The notes: generated from the letters alone by a model not told the origin. Shown: positions 29,840 through 39,587, counted from the stretch's first letter. The stretch: 64,000 nucleotides of DNA from a virus (IMGVR_UViG_3300035501_000580); one strand, 5' to 3'. A program made the numbers and translations.

Positions 29840-30202
29840 TTATAATTGTTTTACTAAAGTTATTGTATCATCACTATTTTCCATCAGAGGTTTATACCCA
29901 TTACGAATATACCATTCAAGTATGTCATTGGGGACAACCTTATTATAATCAAGATATACTTCTGTCATACCTGCTTCCTTAGCCAACTGTTCAGCCTTTT
30001 GTAGAAGTCTTGTAGCAATACCTTGTTTACGTTTATCTTCGTCTACATACAAACAATAGATATAAGACTTAACCGGATATATCAAAGAAATTGGTTCATC
30101 ATATATATCCAAGTGAACCGTACCACCTTCTTCAAAAATCAAATCTGTGGTTCGGTCTTTCCAAATTTGATGTTGTACTTTAATCATGTTGTTGTTCATC
30201 AA
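29840..30202 (-). CDS. GNAT-family N-acetyltransferase (120 aa)
   Basis: motif A RKQGIATRLLQKAEQLAKEAG (Q/R..G.A), size and position of acetyl-CoA binding segment. Confidence 0.65.
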   Translation of the reverse strand: MMNNNMIKVQHQIWKDRTTDLIFEEGGTVHLDIYDEPISLIYPVKSYIYCLYVDEDKRKQGIATRLLQKAEQLAKEAGMTEVYLDYNKVVPNDILEWYIRNGYKPLMENSDDTITLVKQL

Positions 30203-30716
30203 TTACGTCAATATCTTCATTTAAGAACTCCATTGTGTTTAGTTGAGAGGGTTGAAAATACTTCTTGACCAAACGAATATAATCATCTTTTGAGATTTCA
30301 TATATCACAGAGTCAGGGTCATTTTTTCTCTCGATATTACCCAACCAAGGATTATCAAACATCTCCAACCATTCCTCACAGTCATATTGGATATTTGTTT
30401 GTACTTCAGTGGGGTGTCCATACTTGTCATAGATAGCACAAGCTTGGTAACATTCTTGAGCGTAGGCTTCTTGTTTTTCCAAGTCAACATGGTCAACTTT
30501 GAATATTTCTCGATACAGGAAAGTAGGAGTTTTCATATCTTCCTTAACAAAATATCGACCTACCAAATTACCATACCAACAATTAGCATATGAAGTTTTA
30601 ATGTCTTGATCTTTTTCGATACGTTTGAGGTGTTTTAGATATTCTTCAAGGGTGGCTTCAGAATTAAACTCCATATATTTTTCTACATTAAATATTTCTT
30701 CACTTAATTTTGCCAT
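30180..30716 (-). CDS. member 5 of paralog family (178 aa)
   Basis: SEATLEEYLKHL ... LVGRYFVKED ... DDYIRLVKKYFQ. Confidence 0.6.
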   Translation of the reverse strand: MAKLSEEIFNVEKYMEFNSEATLEEYLKHLKRIEKDQDIKTSYANCWYGNLVGRYFVKEDMKTPTFLYREIFKVDHVDLEKQEAYAQECYQACAIYDKYGHPTEVQTNIQYDCEEWLEMFDNPWLGNIERKNDPDSVIYEISKDDYIRLVKKYFQPSQLNTMEFLNEDIDVIDEQQHD

Positions 30717-30718
30717 GA

Positions 30719-31003
30719 TTACAACTCATTAATTTCGTTACTTTTATATTTTTGATATGTAATTTTTTGATTTTCAGGATAGACTATATAATTAAAGTCT
30801 GCATCACTAAAACCAGGGTCATATTCTGGTTCAAAACCTGATGACAACAACTCCCAAAGATAATCTCTACCGGATTTTGGTTTGTCAAGAAGGAGTTTCA
30901 ATTTCTGTCCAATATAGTGGGGATAACCATCTTGTGATACATATAACTCAACAGGTTTCTCACTTCTTGAATCTATAATCTTTATTTTACAACTTGTGCT
31001 CAT
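30719..31003 (-). CDS. hypothetical protein (94 aa)
   Basis: ORF. Confidence 0.4.
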   Translation of the reverse strand: MSTSCKIKIIDSRSEKPVELYVSQDGYPHYIGQKLKLLLDKPKSGRDYLWELLSSGFEPEYDPGFSDADFNYIVYPENQKITYQKYKSNEINEL

Positions 31004-31016
31004 AGTTAATCTATTA

Positions 31017-31334
31017 TTAAATTATATCACTATCATAACTAATCTCAACATTTCCAAAATAAAGACCTACATGGGCATATCCATCTTCATTTTGATATGA
31101 AATCTGAAGGTTTTCCTCGATAAAGTCTGTAATGAATCTACTAAGGAACTTACCATTTTTCTCCACCCATTGATAATATTCCTCATTCTCTCGGTCTCTT
31201 TGTAACTGAGAATAGTTTTCATTAATTTGGTCAATAGTTTTTTGATGTTCGATACGTTCTTGTTCCAGTTGTTTGTTTACTTCCAGAAGGTGACGTTCAA
31301 GTTCATCACGAGTTAATTTGTTTGCCATATCCAT
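31017..31334 (-). CDS. hypothetical coiled-coil protein (105 aa)
   Basis: ORF. Confidence 0.4.
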   Translation of the reverse strand: MDMANKLTRDELERHLLEVNKQLEQERIEHQKTIDQINENYSQLQRDRENEEYYQWVEKNGKFLSRFITDFIEENLQISYQNEDGYAHVGLYFGNVEISYDSDII

Positions 31335-31586
31335 TTAATTTCTATTGAGTTTAAGAATTGACCTCTAATCATTTTTTTATTTTTGAGAGGGTATTGAAAG
31401 AGCTCATAATTTTTCCAACCCTTTACAATAAGGTAGTTAAATCTCTTGAAACGAAATCCATATTTTTTGATAGGTCGGCCATAAAGGTCAATCTTATCTT
31501 CACAGGTACCAAAGTTTATAATCATCTTGTTGTTTGATTTAAGATTAATTGGGTTGGGGAGATTGTTTCACTCCCCTTCCCAGATT

Positions 31587-32408
31587 TTATTTATCACCTC
31601 GACGGATATTCCACATTGAGTTTGTTCCACCACCCAAAACAATATCAACATTGGGATTGGCTTTATCTACAATCTTCAACATGATAAACTGTTCAGGGGA
31701 TAGGTTCATCTCTTTCATATACGCCTTGTCGGCCTCAGCACGAGCGATCTCAGCTTTCTTACGGGCTTCCTCTTTTTCAGCCAGTCGTTGTTGAGTTTGA
31801 CGAGCTTGAATTGCGGCGGCGGTGTTATTCATCTCAGCCAGTTGTTTGTCATTAGGTTTAGCTCGACCTGTGATGACTTCTCGAACTTCAACAGGAAATT
31901 CTTTCTTCTTTGACAGATTTTGAATATGTGTCACCAGTTTATTCTTTACTGCGGTATCAATCTGTGTACAAACTTCTCGGTTAGACATTAGGTCAAAAGG
32001 ACTATACTTTGAAATCTCCTCACGAACGAAATTACGATATACTACTTCAATGTTATTCTTGAACCAATCAACACCATAGTTCTTCATTAGAATAGGAGAT
32101 TTACCCGGTGTGATTTGGAGGGTGATATATGTCGCATAGTCCAGAGGGGTGTTATCATTAGACATAATATCATCAAAATCAACATCATATCGTTGGGGTG
32201 TGATTTTGAATGTTTCTGAACTTGTAGATGCACAACACCAAGTCAGACCAGTTTGAACAGGGGTATCATCAACACCACCATGACCAAAAAACCAAGGCTT
32301 GTAAATAAGAACCGCTTCCTCATCAGCATCAGGAGTAACCATATGACAAGAGGACATAGACATCATGGTAACAATGGCCATGACAAAAAATAGAAACTTC
32401 TTAAACAT
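31587..32408 (-). CDS. SPFH/band-7 (stomatin/prohibitin-like) domain lipoprotein, 273 aa
   Basis: lipoprotein signal MSMSSC; central SPFH-like segment and C-terminal A/E/K-rich coiled coil (AAIQARQTQQRLAEKEEARKKAEIARAEADKA). Confidence 0.55.
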   Translation of the reverse strand: MFKKFLFFVMAIVTMMSMSSCHMVTPDADEEAVLIYKPWFFGHGGVDDTPVQTGLTWCCASTSSETFKITPQRYDVDFDDIMSNDNTPLDYATYITLQITPGKSPILMKNYGVDWFKNNIEVVYRNFVREEISKYSPFDLMSNREVCTQIDTAVKNKLVTHIQNLSKKKEFPVEVREVITGRAKPNDKQLAEMNNTAAAIQARQTQQRLAEKEEARKKAEIARAEADKAYMKEMNLSPEQFIMLKIVDKANPNVDIVLGGGTNSMWNIRRGDK

Positions 32409-32437
32409 AATTTATTTGAGATTTAATTAACTTTTGT

Positions 32438-32854
32438 TTACTTTTTTACATGAACATCTGTAATGTAACTGGGTTTCTCCATTGATGTATAAGACATATC
32501 ATCTATCTTTATGACACGATATTGACTGTCAAAACTTACAAACATCGGACCAGAAACTTTGACACTTCCTTTATAAAACCAGACAAATTTGGGTTTTATT
32601 TGATAACTTACCTTAGCATCTGTTTCTTCTATTATTTCAATACAATCAGGTCTTCCATATGCTTCCAAGATTTGTATTGATGATAGAGGGTGTGTCTCAG
32701 GTTCTTGTTCCCATTTTTCGATATATCCTTTGGGATTGAGTGCCCCAAATAACATAGACTTACGAAATCTTTTCGTCTTGTAGTTAGAATACATCTCCGA
32801 TAGTAATAGAAATATAACAAAAACAAGACCTGTTATAATAAAAATAGTTGTCAT
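32438..32854 (-). CDS. membrane-anchored hypothetical protein (138 aa)
   Basis: N-terminal TM helix. Confidence 0.45.
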   Translation of the reverse strand: MTTIFIITGLVFVIFLLLSEMYSNYKTKRFRKSMLFGALNPKGYIEKWEQEPETHPLSSIQILEAYGRPDCIEIIEETDAKVSYQIKPKFVWFYKGSVKVSGPMFVSFDSQYRVIKIDDMSYTSMEKPSYITDVHVKK

Positions 32855-33369
32855 TTTTCTTCAAACATATTATGGAGTTTATAAAATTCTCTTTTCAACA
32901 TAGTCAACACCCTGATGTTAGGTGTTTTGGGAGGGTTACTGGATAGACATGATTCTTTTTCAGTGTATCCATATTCTTCACCATACATATCAAGTATGAA
33001 ACGACAGATGGCTTGTGATCTTGATTTACCAGCTCGACAGTGAATATAGAAATTACGACCTTTATTTCGTTCAATAAATTCTACACATTTCTTAGCTTGG
33101 TCTTCACTGATACCTAAGAACGTTGTCCCTTTGTATAGGAATTGGTCATCATTCACATCATCAAATTCCATATTCAACACATTATCTGTATCTTTTTGGA
33201 ACCAGTGATATGTTTCTTCATGGAGATAGTTGTTAAGACAATCCGGTGTTCCAATGATAGAGATGAACGCCTTGTCTGTTTCTCTCTCCACATTTTCATC
33301 GCTGATATTCATTCGCCACATCTTAATGTCGAAGTCAGCTTGTGAAAAAACACTTATTCGATTTACCAT
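32851..33369 (-). CDS. dual-specificity/tyrosine protein phosphatase (CX5R), 172 aa
   Basis: HCRAGKSRS signature (HC.5R(S/T)) in translation. Confidence 0.7.
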   Translation of the reverse strand: MVNRISVFSQADFDIKMWRMNISDENVERETDKAFISIIGTPDCLNNYLHEETYHWFQKDTDNVLNMEFDDVNDDQFLYKGTTFLGISEDQAKKCVEFIERNKGRNFYIHCRAGKSRSQAICRFILDMYGEEYGYTEKESCLSSNPPKTPNIRVLTMLKREFYKLHNMFEEK

Positions 33370-33626
33370 GACAGTTCACCATTTACTTCCTTAACATCAT
33401 TCCATTTGAGACGGTCATAGCTTGGGAAAATGATACACTCACCTTTTGAGAACAACTTTCCATACATATCAGTTGCATCACAAAAGACCTCATCATCATT
33501 AATATCGCACGAAAACATAATGGTCTCAAATTCAGAAACACCATTAAATGTTACTTCACCATAGACTGTAGTGTAGAGTGTGATACCTTTTTTACAATGT
33601 CTTAGTATATCAGCGAGATTTATCAT
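33363..33626 (-). CDS. hypothetical protein (87 aa)
   Basis: ORF overlapping neighbours by 4-7 bp. Confidence 0.4.
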   Translation of the reverse strand: MINLADILRHCKKGITLYTTVYGEVTFNGVSEFETIMFSCDINDDEVFCDATDMYGKLFSKGECIIFPSYDRLKWNDVKEVNGELSW

Positions 33627-34102
33627 AATATTTTTTTTACGATTGATTGAATATCCTTAATGTCTTTTGTTCGATTGTATTCTTTCTTTTTGTTGATACA
33701 GTCGATAGGTCGTTCAACCCAGAAACCAGTCACAACAGGATCCTTTGATTGGAATTGAATATCTGTTCCAAAGTCGGTAGTTTCTTTGTCCACCAACCAT
33801 ATATCAATGTGTTTATCACCTTTCATATATAGTGACATGGGTTTTCCGGGTGATGTTTCTTGTCCCATTACACGTTCTTGGATATTGTTTACCCAGAGAA
33901 TAAGTCGACGATAAGCTTCTATTTCATCATGTTTTACTCGGATAACAATGTCTATGTCAGTGGCGGCGTCTCTATTTTCAGGGAACAAACCACAAATATC
34001 AAGAGCGATACTTCCACACACCATCATGTCATAGTGAGGAACACCAAGAATTTCAAGGATGGTGATAGCTTGTTCGAGAGTTTTATAATTTTCAGCAATC
34101 AT
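33623..34102 (-). CDS. minimal nucleotidyltransferase (pol-beta superfamily), 159 aa
   Basis: CGSIALDICGL-N7-ATDIDIVI = GS-N(9-13)-D.D.hh NTase signature. Confidence 0.65.
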   Translation of the reverse strand: MIAENYKTLEQAITILEILGVPHYDMMVCGSIALDICGLFPENRDAATDIDIVIRVKHDEIEAYRRLILWVNNIQERVMGQETSPGKPMSLYMKGDKHIDIWLVDKETTDFGTDIQFQSKDPVVTGFWVERPIDCINKKKEYNRTKDIKDIQSIVKKIL

Positions 34103-34308
34103 AATTAATAGATGTTATAAATTTCTTCTTCAAGTTTATAGAGTTCATTAGAGAGGCGGATGTAAATTCTATCTCGAATCTCACCTGTTTCTTCATCACA
34201 TTCACTATACATGAGGTCACGAAGTTTTGCATCTATTGTTTCATGTAGGTGAACCAATTTTTCTTTGAGGTCGTATTTGTCCATTTTATTTGAAATTAGA
34301 GGTTAGAC

Positions 34309-34929
34309 TTATTTGAGGTGATTTGACAACACCTTATAAAGAGCATTTGATTTTTTCTCAAATTCTTCAATATCAATCATCTCTGGTTCTTCATTCATCC
34401 ATTCTTCTTTGGTTTTCTTTTGGATATTAATGAATTTGTCAGCGATTGTGAGTTGATTAATCAGAGTTTTTGAGTGAGAAATGATAAGAACACCTTTGTA
34501 TTTGTCCTTATTTTCAGTCAAGTAGTCATTGATATATTTACCCCATGACATTTGCATAGAAGCACTCATACCAATTTCAGGTTCATCAAGTACGATATAA
34601 CGGTCATCTGAACAACTAAACAAACCTTTGATTCCATTCATTGTGTTACTTGATGTTGCTACCCAAGATGTGTCACGAAGGAAAACACCACCACCACCCA
34701 TTTCACTATGAAGTCCGGTTCGTTTATCCATAGAAGAATCCGCAACAATCACCTTCTCACCATTGTTCTTTCTTTTGAGGTCAGAAGCAAGGACTTTTCT
34801 AATAAGTGACTTACCTGAACCATTGTCACCTGTAAGGATTGTTACCTTTCCAAGTTCAATCTGTTCAAGAGCATCAACTATATTGTCGAAGGCTTGTTCA
34901 GCATATTCTATGTAATCTTGTTCTGTCAT
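34309..34929 (-). CDS. small ABC/SMC-like P-loop ATPase (206 aa)
   Basis: Walker A GDNGSGKS, Walker B VLDEPEIGMS, H-loop-like ISHS; promoter unit 34940-35010 upstream. Confidence 0.65.
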   Translation of the reverse strand: MTEQDYIEYAEQAFDNIVDALEQIELGKVTILTGDNGSGKSLIRKVLASDLKRKNNGEKVIVADSSMDKRTGLHSEMGGGGVFLRDTSWVATSSNTMNGIKGLFSCSDDRYIVLDEPEIGMSASMQMSWGKYINDYLTENKDKYKGVLIISHSKTLINQLTIADKFINIQKKTKEEWMNEEPEMIDIEEFEKKSNALYKVLSNHLK

Positions 34930-34939
34930 TATATCTTGT

Positions 34940-35010
34940 TTTTTAATTACACTACAAAGTTACAGGTTTTTTCTAACATCTCCAAATTTTAAGTGCTAAA
35001 AATTTGTTAA
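34940..35010 (-). promoter_or_regulatory. conserved promoter unit
   Basis: -7 box TAACTTTG (rc of 34956-34963), -33 TTTG (rc of 34983-34986), 19-nt spacer. Confidence 0.7.
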
Positions 35011-35013
35011 AAG

Positions 35014-35322
35014 TTATTTCCCCATCCCCATTATTATCAAACTATCAAAAATGTCATCAAGAATATTATCCATCACATTTCCATATATACCATCAACAAA
35101 ATCTTCATCAAAATCCGACTGGTCAAAATACTCAAATACAAATTTCTTTATTCCACCATTGTCAATTTTTTCAGAAACAACCTCCCAAGAAGATTCACAA
35201 CTGATAAACTCATCAACAACTAACTGAGCTACTTCGGCGATTACTTCATCCCATATCTCTCCACAATCCTCACGTGCTGATGATAGTTCGGACTCACTAT
35301 ATCTATTATCATACTTTTTCAT
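35014..35322 (-). CDS. hypothetical acidic protein (102 aa)
   Basis: ORF. Confidence 0.4.
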   Translation of the reverse strand: MKKYDNRYSESELSSAREDCGEIWDEVIAEVAQLVVDEFISCESSWEVVSEKIDNGGIKKFVFEYFDQSDFDEDFVDGIYGNVMDNILDDIFDSLIIMGMGK

Positions 35323-35626
35323 TTACTAATTCAACTATTGTATTAATTAATTCTTTATGTTCATTAAAAAAATGTGCAGTTTCAGTTGTCACTCCCCCCC
35401 AATGTACTCGACCTACTCTCCAAAGAAAATAATTCTGAAACTTTTGACAGAGATATAAATCATCATCATTATTGACTGCATAAGACAAGGCATCTAAAAA
35501 GTCATGTCTTATCCACTCTCTTAATTCTTTAATTGTAAAATCTTCTTTCTTTTCAATCATAATATTCATCTTTTTTATAAGAGAAAAATTCGTCATTGTC
35601 ATATCCATAAACTCTATAATTATCAC
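35309..35626 (-). CDS. hypothetical protein (105 aa)
   Basis: ORF. Confidence 0.4.
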   Translation of the reverse strand: MIIIEFMDMTMTNFSLIKKMNIMIEKKEDFTIKELREWIRHDFLDALSYAVNNDDDLYLCQKFQNYFLWRVGRVHWGGVTTETAHFFNEHKELINTIVELVNEKV

Positions 35627-35954
35627 GAATCATATCCATAGCATCATCATAGATGTGACAAATCCATTTATATTCTATTGCGAAATCTTCAAAGTATTCT
35701 TCAACTTCCTTAAATCTTCCTTCACCATTGAAATCTACATCAATCATTTCAACTTCATGTCCTTCTAAATAAACATTAACAAAAGTTGAAGATTTTAGGA
35801 TGATTTGGTACACTTTATTAACTATTTCCTCATAATATTTGGGATTATTCAATAGTTCTTTCGCAGTAATTTGAGGTTTCATTGTTTTAACCAGTTTTTT
35901 GATAGGTAGGGTAATTCTTGAAATTTGGCTTGGACTGTATATCCGGTTAACCAT
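35553..35954 (-). CDS. hypothetical protein (133 aa)
   Basis: ORF. Confidence 0.4.
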   Translation of the reverse strand: MVNRIYSPSQISRITLPIKKLVKTMKPQITAKELLNNPKYYEEIVNKVYQIILKSSTFVNVYLEGHEVEMIDVDFNGEGRFKEVEEYFEDFAIEYKWICHIYDDAMDMIRDNYRVYGYDNDEFFSYKKDEYYD

Positions 35955-36970
35955 TTTATCGCACGAACATCTGTCGTCGTAATCTCATCATCTATTTTAA
36001 TCACAGTTCCGGATATATTCAAACAATCATTAGATGGAAATTTACATAGACCTGCTTTCAATAGACCACATTGGTATTTTACATCATGGATTAACTCATA
36101 ATTAAAGGGGATTTCAATATCAAGTTTAGTTTTTGTTTCATGGGATTTCTTATAACTCATACATTTATCCCTCATAGGACAATCCCAACAACCAACCTCA
36201 TTTGGTCTATAATAATGTGCATTTGGATCCCTTTCCAGATTATGTGTATGGGCAATTAAACATGAAGTCTTTCTAAAAATAGGGACATCATAAGACTTAG
36301 CAATTTCTCTCAGTCTATTATCTCTCTCATCAGATATAAATTTCTTCAACCCAAACTCATGTCCATCATACGGTTTGAAATGAATATCTTGACTTTCTAA
36401 ATATTGTTTTAGTGAGGGGTTGACCTGTAATCCTGAATACCCAATAGATGTTTTATATTCAGAAGCAGTTCGACATACAAAGTCAAAGACATCATCAGAG
36501 TCATTTACATCACGAATGATAGGTCTGAACTCAATGTTATACTTGTAATTACTTTGAGAAATGACATCGAGATTGTGAATAAACCGTTTTAATGTATTAC
36601 CATCATAAGGAGAATCATAACCAAAAGTAGATAAACCAAAATGAAGGTTCAAGTCAAAAGTTTCCAAAATAGGAAACTTTGATATATCTCCTTTGGTGAT
36701 TATGATAACTGGGCCTGTATGACCAACACTTTCCAATCTCCTAAGTTTCTTTACAGTATCATCAACTTGTAGAAGGGGATCTCCATACATCAAATTAATC
36801 GCAACCGGAAAACTTTTGAAGATGGGATTGATTTCTTCTGGTAAAATGTCATAGTTTAATTTGTCAGTTTCAATCGCTCGACAATACTTACAACCAAAAC
36901 ATTTATTTAGACCATGTGAATAACTGACGAAACTTTTCGTAAAGTATAGGTCTTTAATTAAATCATTCAT
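35879..36970 (-). CDS. hypothetical Cys-cluster protein (363 aa); possible Fe-S enzyme, not a canonical radical-SAM motif
   Basis: N-terminal CFGCKYC (C.2C.2C) and later C..CPMRDKC cluster. Confidence 0.45.
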   Translation of the reverse strand: MNDLIKDLYFTKSFVSYSHGLNKCFGCKYCRAIETDKLNYDILPEEINPIFKSFPVAINLMYGDPLLQVDDTVKKLRRLESVGHTGPVIIITKGDISKFPILETFDLNLHFGLSTFGYDSPYDGNTLKRFIHNLDVISQSNYKYNIEFRPIIRDVNDSDDVFDFVCRTASEYKTSIGYSGLQVNPSLKQYLESQDIHFKPYDGHEFGLKKFISDERDNRLREIAKSYDVPIFRKTSCLIAHTHNLERDPNAHYYRPNEVGCWDCPMRDKCMSYKKSHETKTKLDIEIPFNYELIHDVKYQCGLLKAGLCKFPSNDCLNISGTVIKIDDEITTTDVRAIKWLTGYTVQAKFQELPYLSKNWLKQ

Positions 36971-37047
36971 CCCACAATTTTATAAAAACATATATTAAAA
37001 GACAGATAGTCACGACAGCTAATGCCATGGCTATCACTAATAGAATA

Positions 37048-37419
37048 TCATTGACCGACATAATCTTTAGAATGTAATTTCAGTGAATAGACTTCATCAA
37101 GCATTGTGACAACTTCTTTTAGTTTATCACATATCTTGTCATACTTATCAATAATCACATTTACATTTTGGGGAAGTGATGTATAACCACTATATCCATA
37201 ATGTCGTTGGAGTTCTTGATAGAATGAATTTTTATCAGTCTTATCTGAGAAGTATTTTATAAAATCAGTAATGTCATCTTTCATTGGTTGGTCACATTCT
37301 TTCTGAGCATCCAACCAACCATTTATATAACTATCAACATTTTTCTTAGAGAGATTGTTGTCATTATATAAAATGTTCAGAGCTTTCTGTTTGACTTCTT
37401 CTGTCTTAAACTTTTTCAT
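37048..37419 (-). CDS. hypothetical protein (123 aa)
   Basis: ORF. Confidence 0.45.
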   Translation of the reverse strand: MKKFKTEEVKQKALNILYNDNNLSKKNVDSYINGWLDAQKECDQPMKDDITDFIKYFSDKTDKNSFYQELQRHYGYSGYTSLPQNVNVIIDKYDKICDKLKEVVTMLDEVYSLKLHSKDYVGQ

Positions 37420-37718
37420 TTTTCTTTGTTTAATTTTTTGTTTATTTTTTTAATATCCCTAATGTTCTCACAAATATCAAAGTAAACATTAATGATCAAC
37501 CAACAAAACAGAGAGGCAACCACAACCACAAAGAAACATAATATACAAAATGTTAGTGTCGCCATTTTTCTAATTGTTTTTCTTTTCTATCGAGAATACT
37601 GTAGGTTATAACGTAGATAATGATTTCGAGTCCAAAGATAATGGCTCCAATACCTGCACAGTAACACATAATCATCAAAACGATAGCATGAATTCCTGTA
37701 AACATACCTTACTTATTA

Positions 37719-37952
37719 TTAATCTTCATCTCCTGCATAGTAACAAACAGAACTGAACAACAGAGCCATGACACCGATCCAAGATGAAATTGACAGGATA
37801 AGGTCAATCAATCTGTCTTTTCTGAGGGTTTCTTTTGAGGGGACAGGTCGAGTTTTATAATAGTTCTTTGTGATTTTTCCAGTCAACCAGAAGTTAACTA
37901 TACAACCAAGAACATAGATGATAAAAATAATTAACCAAGTGCTCATAATCAA
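37719..37952 (-). CDS. small 2-TM membrane protein (77 aa)
   Basis: two hydrophobic helices. Confidence 0.45.
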   Translation of the reverse strand: MIMSTWLIIFIIYVLGCIVNFWLTGKITKNYYKTRPVPSKETLRKDRLIDLILSISSWIGVMALLFSSVCYYAGDED

Positions 37953-38158
37953 TTTTTATAAATGTGAAGTTGAATTATTAAGATGATATAAACTACAACG
38001 GATCCCCAAGAAAAGAGTGACATTATAAAGTGAAATATCAAATCACGTTGTATGTTTTTGAACCTAAGAGATGATTTTTTGTAATCACTCAATATGATAT
38101 GGATAGTATAAAGTCCAAGACAATATGCTACTAAAATACCTAAAATATATCCTATCAT
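37949..38158 (-). CDS. small 2-TM membrane protein (69 aa)
   Basis: two hydrophobic helices; translationally coupled to upstream NTase (ATGA overlap). Confidence 0.45.
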   Translation of the reverse strand: MIGYILGILVAYCLGLYTIHIILSDYKKSSLRFKNIQRDLIFHFIMSLFSWGSVVVYIILIIQLHIYKN

Positions 38159-39429
38159 TTCTGGTTGAATTTATTTCGTGCATATAACAGGAGGTCATTT
38201 ACCATATCAACAGAAATCTCATCAGGAATAACAGATTTAGATATTTCTTCATCCATTTGAGATTTAAGTTCTGTTAGTTTAGACATCAACTCATCATAAG
38301 TATATTTTCTATTTCTAACATCAAGGAGAAAATCAGCATCAATTCCTCTACGGTCAAGTTTAAGTCCTTCACCCTTAGCTACTTCAATCGCCATAGAAAT
38401 CAGACGGAAACAGTGACACATATTCTTAGCATCATAGAACTTCGCTGAGTTTTCTTTTTCGAGTCCTTCAAGGTTGTTTTCATACCGAGCTTTGTTACGG
38501 TTTTTCTTCCAATCCTCATACTCACGATATTTCTTACAATGTTGTCTATAACCATTTTCATTGTAAGACATATAACAAATAGGTGTAGAACCTTTTAATG
38601 TTTCTGAAAAACGGATTTCATTACTTGAACCCACATTAGAAATGATACCGCAGTGTTTACCAAAAGGAGTTTTAATTTTTTCATAAAGATTTTTCATTAC
38701 CCAAGACCATTTCATTTCGGTCTGGTCAAATTTAGATGTTAAAGTTGTATATACATAGTTCAAGAATTTGTCATTACGATTTTTTTCGTCGGTGAAAAAT
38801 TCTTTTGTGATACCATTTAGTTCAATGTGTTGACCAAAGTCATAGAACACATCAAACATATTAGGCATATTGGGCACATTTACCAATCCACAGTTACTTT
38901 GGTCAAGACCTCGTTCACTGAGCCAAGTTTGAATGTTTTGACTACCCTGTCCCTTAAAAGTATAACAAAAATCGAGGGGAGTCTTTCTAACCATCTTCTC
39001 AATGTCCCAGTGAATTTTCTTATCTTGTCCCTGAGCCTTTTTAATCTGAGACACAGCATAACCACCAAAAGGCATGAAACATTGTTTGGTGATGAATTGG
39101 TCACGATACTTTTTGATATTCGTAATGATGGGGTGTTCATACAAGACCTTATCATCAGGAACGAACAGGGCTTCCAATACAGTGGGGTTAGATGATAGGA
39201 GTAGTCTCATGAACTTACCTATCTCCCACCAACAGGTATCATGTTTCTCATCACAGATTTCATTCTGGTAATCAAAACCAAGGTCAAGAAGTTGATTTGA
39301 GGGAGCGATATAGATACCACCTTCATCAACGTCACTTGTTTCGACATTGGTACCATAGACCTGTGAACCCCTTATGTAACGATATAAGAGAAGTCCTTTA
39401 TCTTCTATGTCTTTGAATGTTAGTTTCAT
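38155..39429 (-). CDS. pol-beta-superfamily nucleotidyltransferase, 424 aa (OAS/cGAS/DncV-like arrangement GS.VYGT-N5-SDVDEG)
   Basis: N-terminal RGSQVYGTNVETSDVDEGGIYI signature. Confidence 0.55.
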   Translation of the reverse strand: MKLTFKDIEDKGLLLYRYIRGSQVYGTNVETSDVDEGGIYIAPSNQLLDLGFDYQNEICDEKHDTCWWEIGKFMRLLLSSNPTVLEALFVPDDKVLYEHPIITNIKKYRDQFITKQCFMPFGGYAVSQIKKAQGQDKKIHWDIEKMVRKTPLDFCYTFKGQGSQNIQTWLSERGLDQSNCGLVNVPNMPNMFDVFYDFGQHIELNGITKEFFTDEKNRNDKFLNYVYTTLTSKFDQTEMKWSWVMKNLYEKIKTPFGKHCGIISNVGSSNEIRFSETLKGSTPICYMSYNENGYRQHCKKYREYEDWKKNRNKARYENNLEGLEKENSAKFYDAKNMCHCFRLISMAIEVAKGEGLKLDRRGIDADFLLDVRNRKYTYDELMSKLTELKSQMDEEISKSVIPDEISVDMVNDLLLYARNKFNQK

Positions 39430-39587
39430 TTTATTTCATCATTTTACGATTACCATTTTGGTCAACCTCATAGAGATTATACCATTCAATGTCCGGTTCA
39501 TTCAAACCCCAAAACTTAACGAGGTCATCCTTTGTCATTTTTTTACCTGAGTAAGAGGGTTTGAGAAGGGTGTCATTAAAGACTTCT

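Noticed and set aside
35879-36970. Radical-SAM enzyme call for the 363-aa Cys-cluster protein
   Set aside because: The cysteine spacing is C.2C.2C (CFGCKYC), not the canonical C.3C.2C. It is kept only as a possible Fe-S protein.
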